Positions 62,501 through 64,000 of a stretch of DNA of 64,000 nucleotides are shown piece by piece (within the stretch, counting starts at the first letter, position 1; the number at the start of each line of letters is the position of its first letter). Source of the DNA: Phyllosticta citribraziliensis (taxonomy: Eukaryota); contig NW_027117341.1 of assembly GCF_038025025.1 (NCBI RefSeq), forward strand, positions 2,294,001 to 2,358,000. Reading direction: 5' to 3'. Under the pieces are notes generated by a model. The model saw nothing but the letters and a program-made list of their open reading frames with translations, was not told where the DNA came from and did not search any database. The position numbers and the translations under genes were made by a program.

Positions 62501-64000
62501 TTCTCTCTAATATAGTTTACTTAATTATATTTAAGAAGGTATATTTTACTTACTTATAATTAAGAAGGTATATTTTACTTAGTTATAATTAAGAAGATAT
62601 ATTTTACTTAGTTATAATTAAGAAGGTATACTTTAATTAATTATAATTAAGAAGATATATTTTACTTAGTTATAATTAAGAAGATATATTCTACTTAATA
62701 TTAATTAAGAAGATAAAATATCTATTACTCTATATAAAGAAATGTTAAAGGAAATAATACTAGTCCTATAGAGAATAAATAGAGTTTTATCCTAATTAGG
62801 AAGTGTAGGTAAGGTCTGCCCCTAACTATATAGCCCTAATACTAGCCCCTATAAGGGGAGTAATCTATTACTTTTAATAGGTTATAAGCCTAGCTTCTAG
62901 CTATATATTTAAAGCTATAGACTAGTAGTATTAGATTCTCTTTTACTAAGAGAAGACCTTATAAATTATACCTAACCCTAATAGGTAATAAATTATAAAC
63001 TCTCTAAAGTACCTATTATATAGAGGCTAGTATAAAGGAGTTAGAGATTAATCCTATATAGGCTTAAGTGCCCTCTAATTAAATCTTAACTACTAGAGTA
63101 GGGCTTAGTATAGTATTACTACTAAAGTAGTTATATAACTTAAGTGTCCTATAGTACTTAGAACTAGAGAAAAGTAATATTAATTCTTAAGGCCCTACCT
63201 ATTTAATAAATACTATAAGTATCATTTTAACGCCTATCGGCGTACTATAGAATAGTAAGTATAGTAAGACTAGTCTATAAGGTGGTATCTAATTAGTAAG
63301 GTAGTATAGCTAAATAGGTATATAATATAGTTATATAAGAGATACTAAAGAATTACCTTTAAAATATTAGTACCTACTAAAAACTATAAAAACTAGTACT
63401 CCTTAAAGTTCCTAATTATAGCTAAAACACCTGCCACCCTATTAAACTCTAAAGAAATAGAGAAGAGATATAATTATAAGAGTATAAAGAAATCTACTAT
63501 TACTACTACTTAATCTTTAAAGACTAAAGAAAAGGGATCCTAAGTAGAAGTAGCTAAATTATATTAGGTAGATCCTAAGTAGGATAGGGCTATACTTCCC
63601 TAACCTAATAATAAGGAGAAGCCTAAATAGAAGAAGAAGTAGGTTAAGTCTAAGCTCTTTATCTATAGAGATTCTAGTAAATTAGACCCTAAGTCTAAAG
63701 GTAGTCAGGCTAAAGAAGAAGGCCTAGTAGGTCTAGCTAGTATAAAAGACCCTAAACTTAGTATGCTTATAATAACCTAATTAAATATTATAGATATTAA
63801 TAGAGATTATAAAATTAACCCTAATTTTCTAGCCCCTAGACTATCTATACTAGAACCTACCTACTAGCCACGTAGAGATGCTAGAGATAGTATTAGATAG
63901 TAGGAAGAGCTTAATACTTAACTTTACCTATAATAATAATATTTTAGTAATAATACTAAATCTAAGATTAAATAAGGTAGTAGATAACTAGTAGTAGTAT

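Larger units (their letters stand above)
44400..64000. other. AT-rich RIP-mutated heterochromatin-like block of transposon relics
   Basis: Abrupt GC drop, near absence of CpA/TpG, large TpA excess, and no ORFs in the supplied track. Confidence 0.95.

Overview
This is nuclear DNA from a filamentous ascomycete, judged from GT..CTRAC..YAG introns and RIP-type mutation. It has two compartments. (1) ~1-44,400 is a GC-rich island of short orphan-like genes, often paired head-to-head, several broken by nonsense or frameshift mutations. Almost every recognisable gene concerns centromeres, the nuclear envelope or cell-cycle control: a divergent centromeric histone (CenH3/Cse4) head-to-head with its loader Scm3 (Scm3 domain plus 2 Myb repeats), a Brr6/Brl1-like nuclear-envelope protein, and two paralogous membrane-anchored J-domain proteins. 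Less certain calls are three related single-pass helical glycoproteins, a Tlg1-like SNARE, several coiled-coil proteins, a PP1-docking peptide and a Sic1-like CDK-site protein. A block of tandem repeat arrays follows Scm3. (2) ~44,400-64,000 is an extremely AT-rich, RIP-destroyed block of Tad1-like LINEs, solo LTRs and other repeats, and RIP has leaked into the last gene of the island. Main hypothesis (inference): an accessory chromosome or giant element that encodes its own centromere-specification and nuclear-envelope kit. All family calls are by-eye motif recognition; no searches were run.
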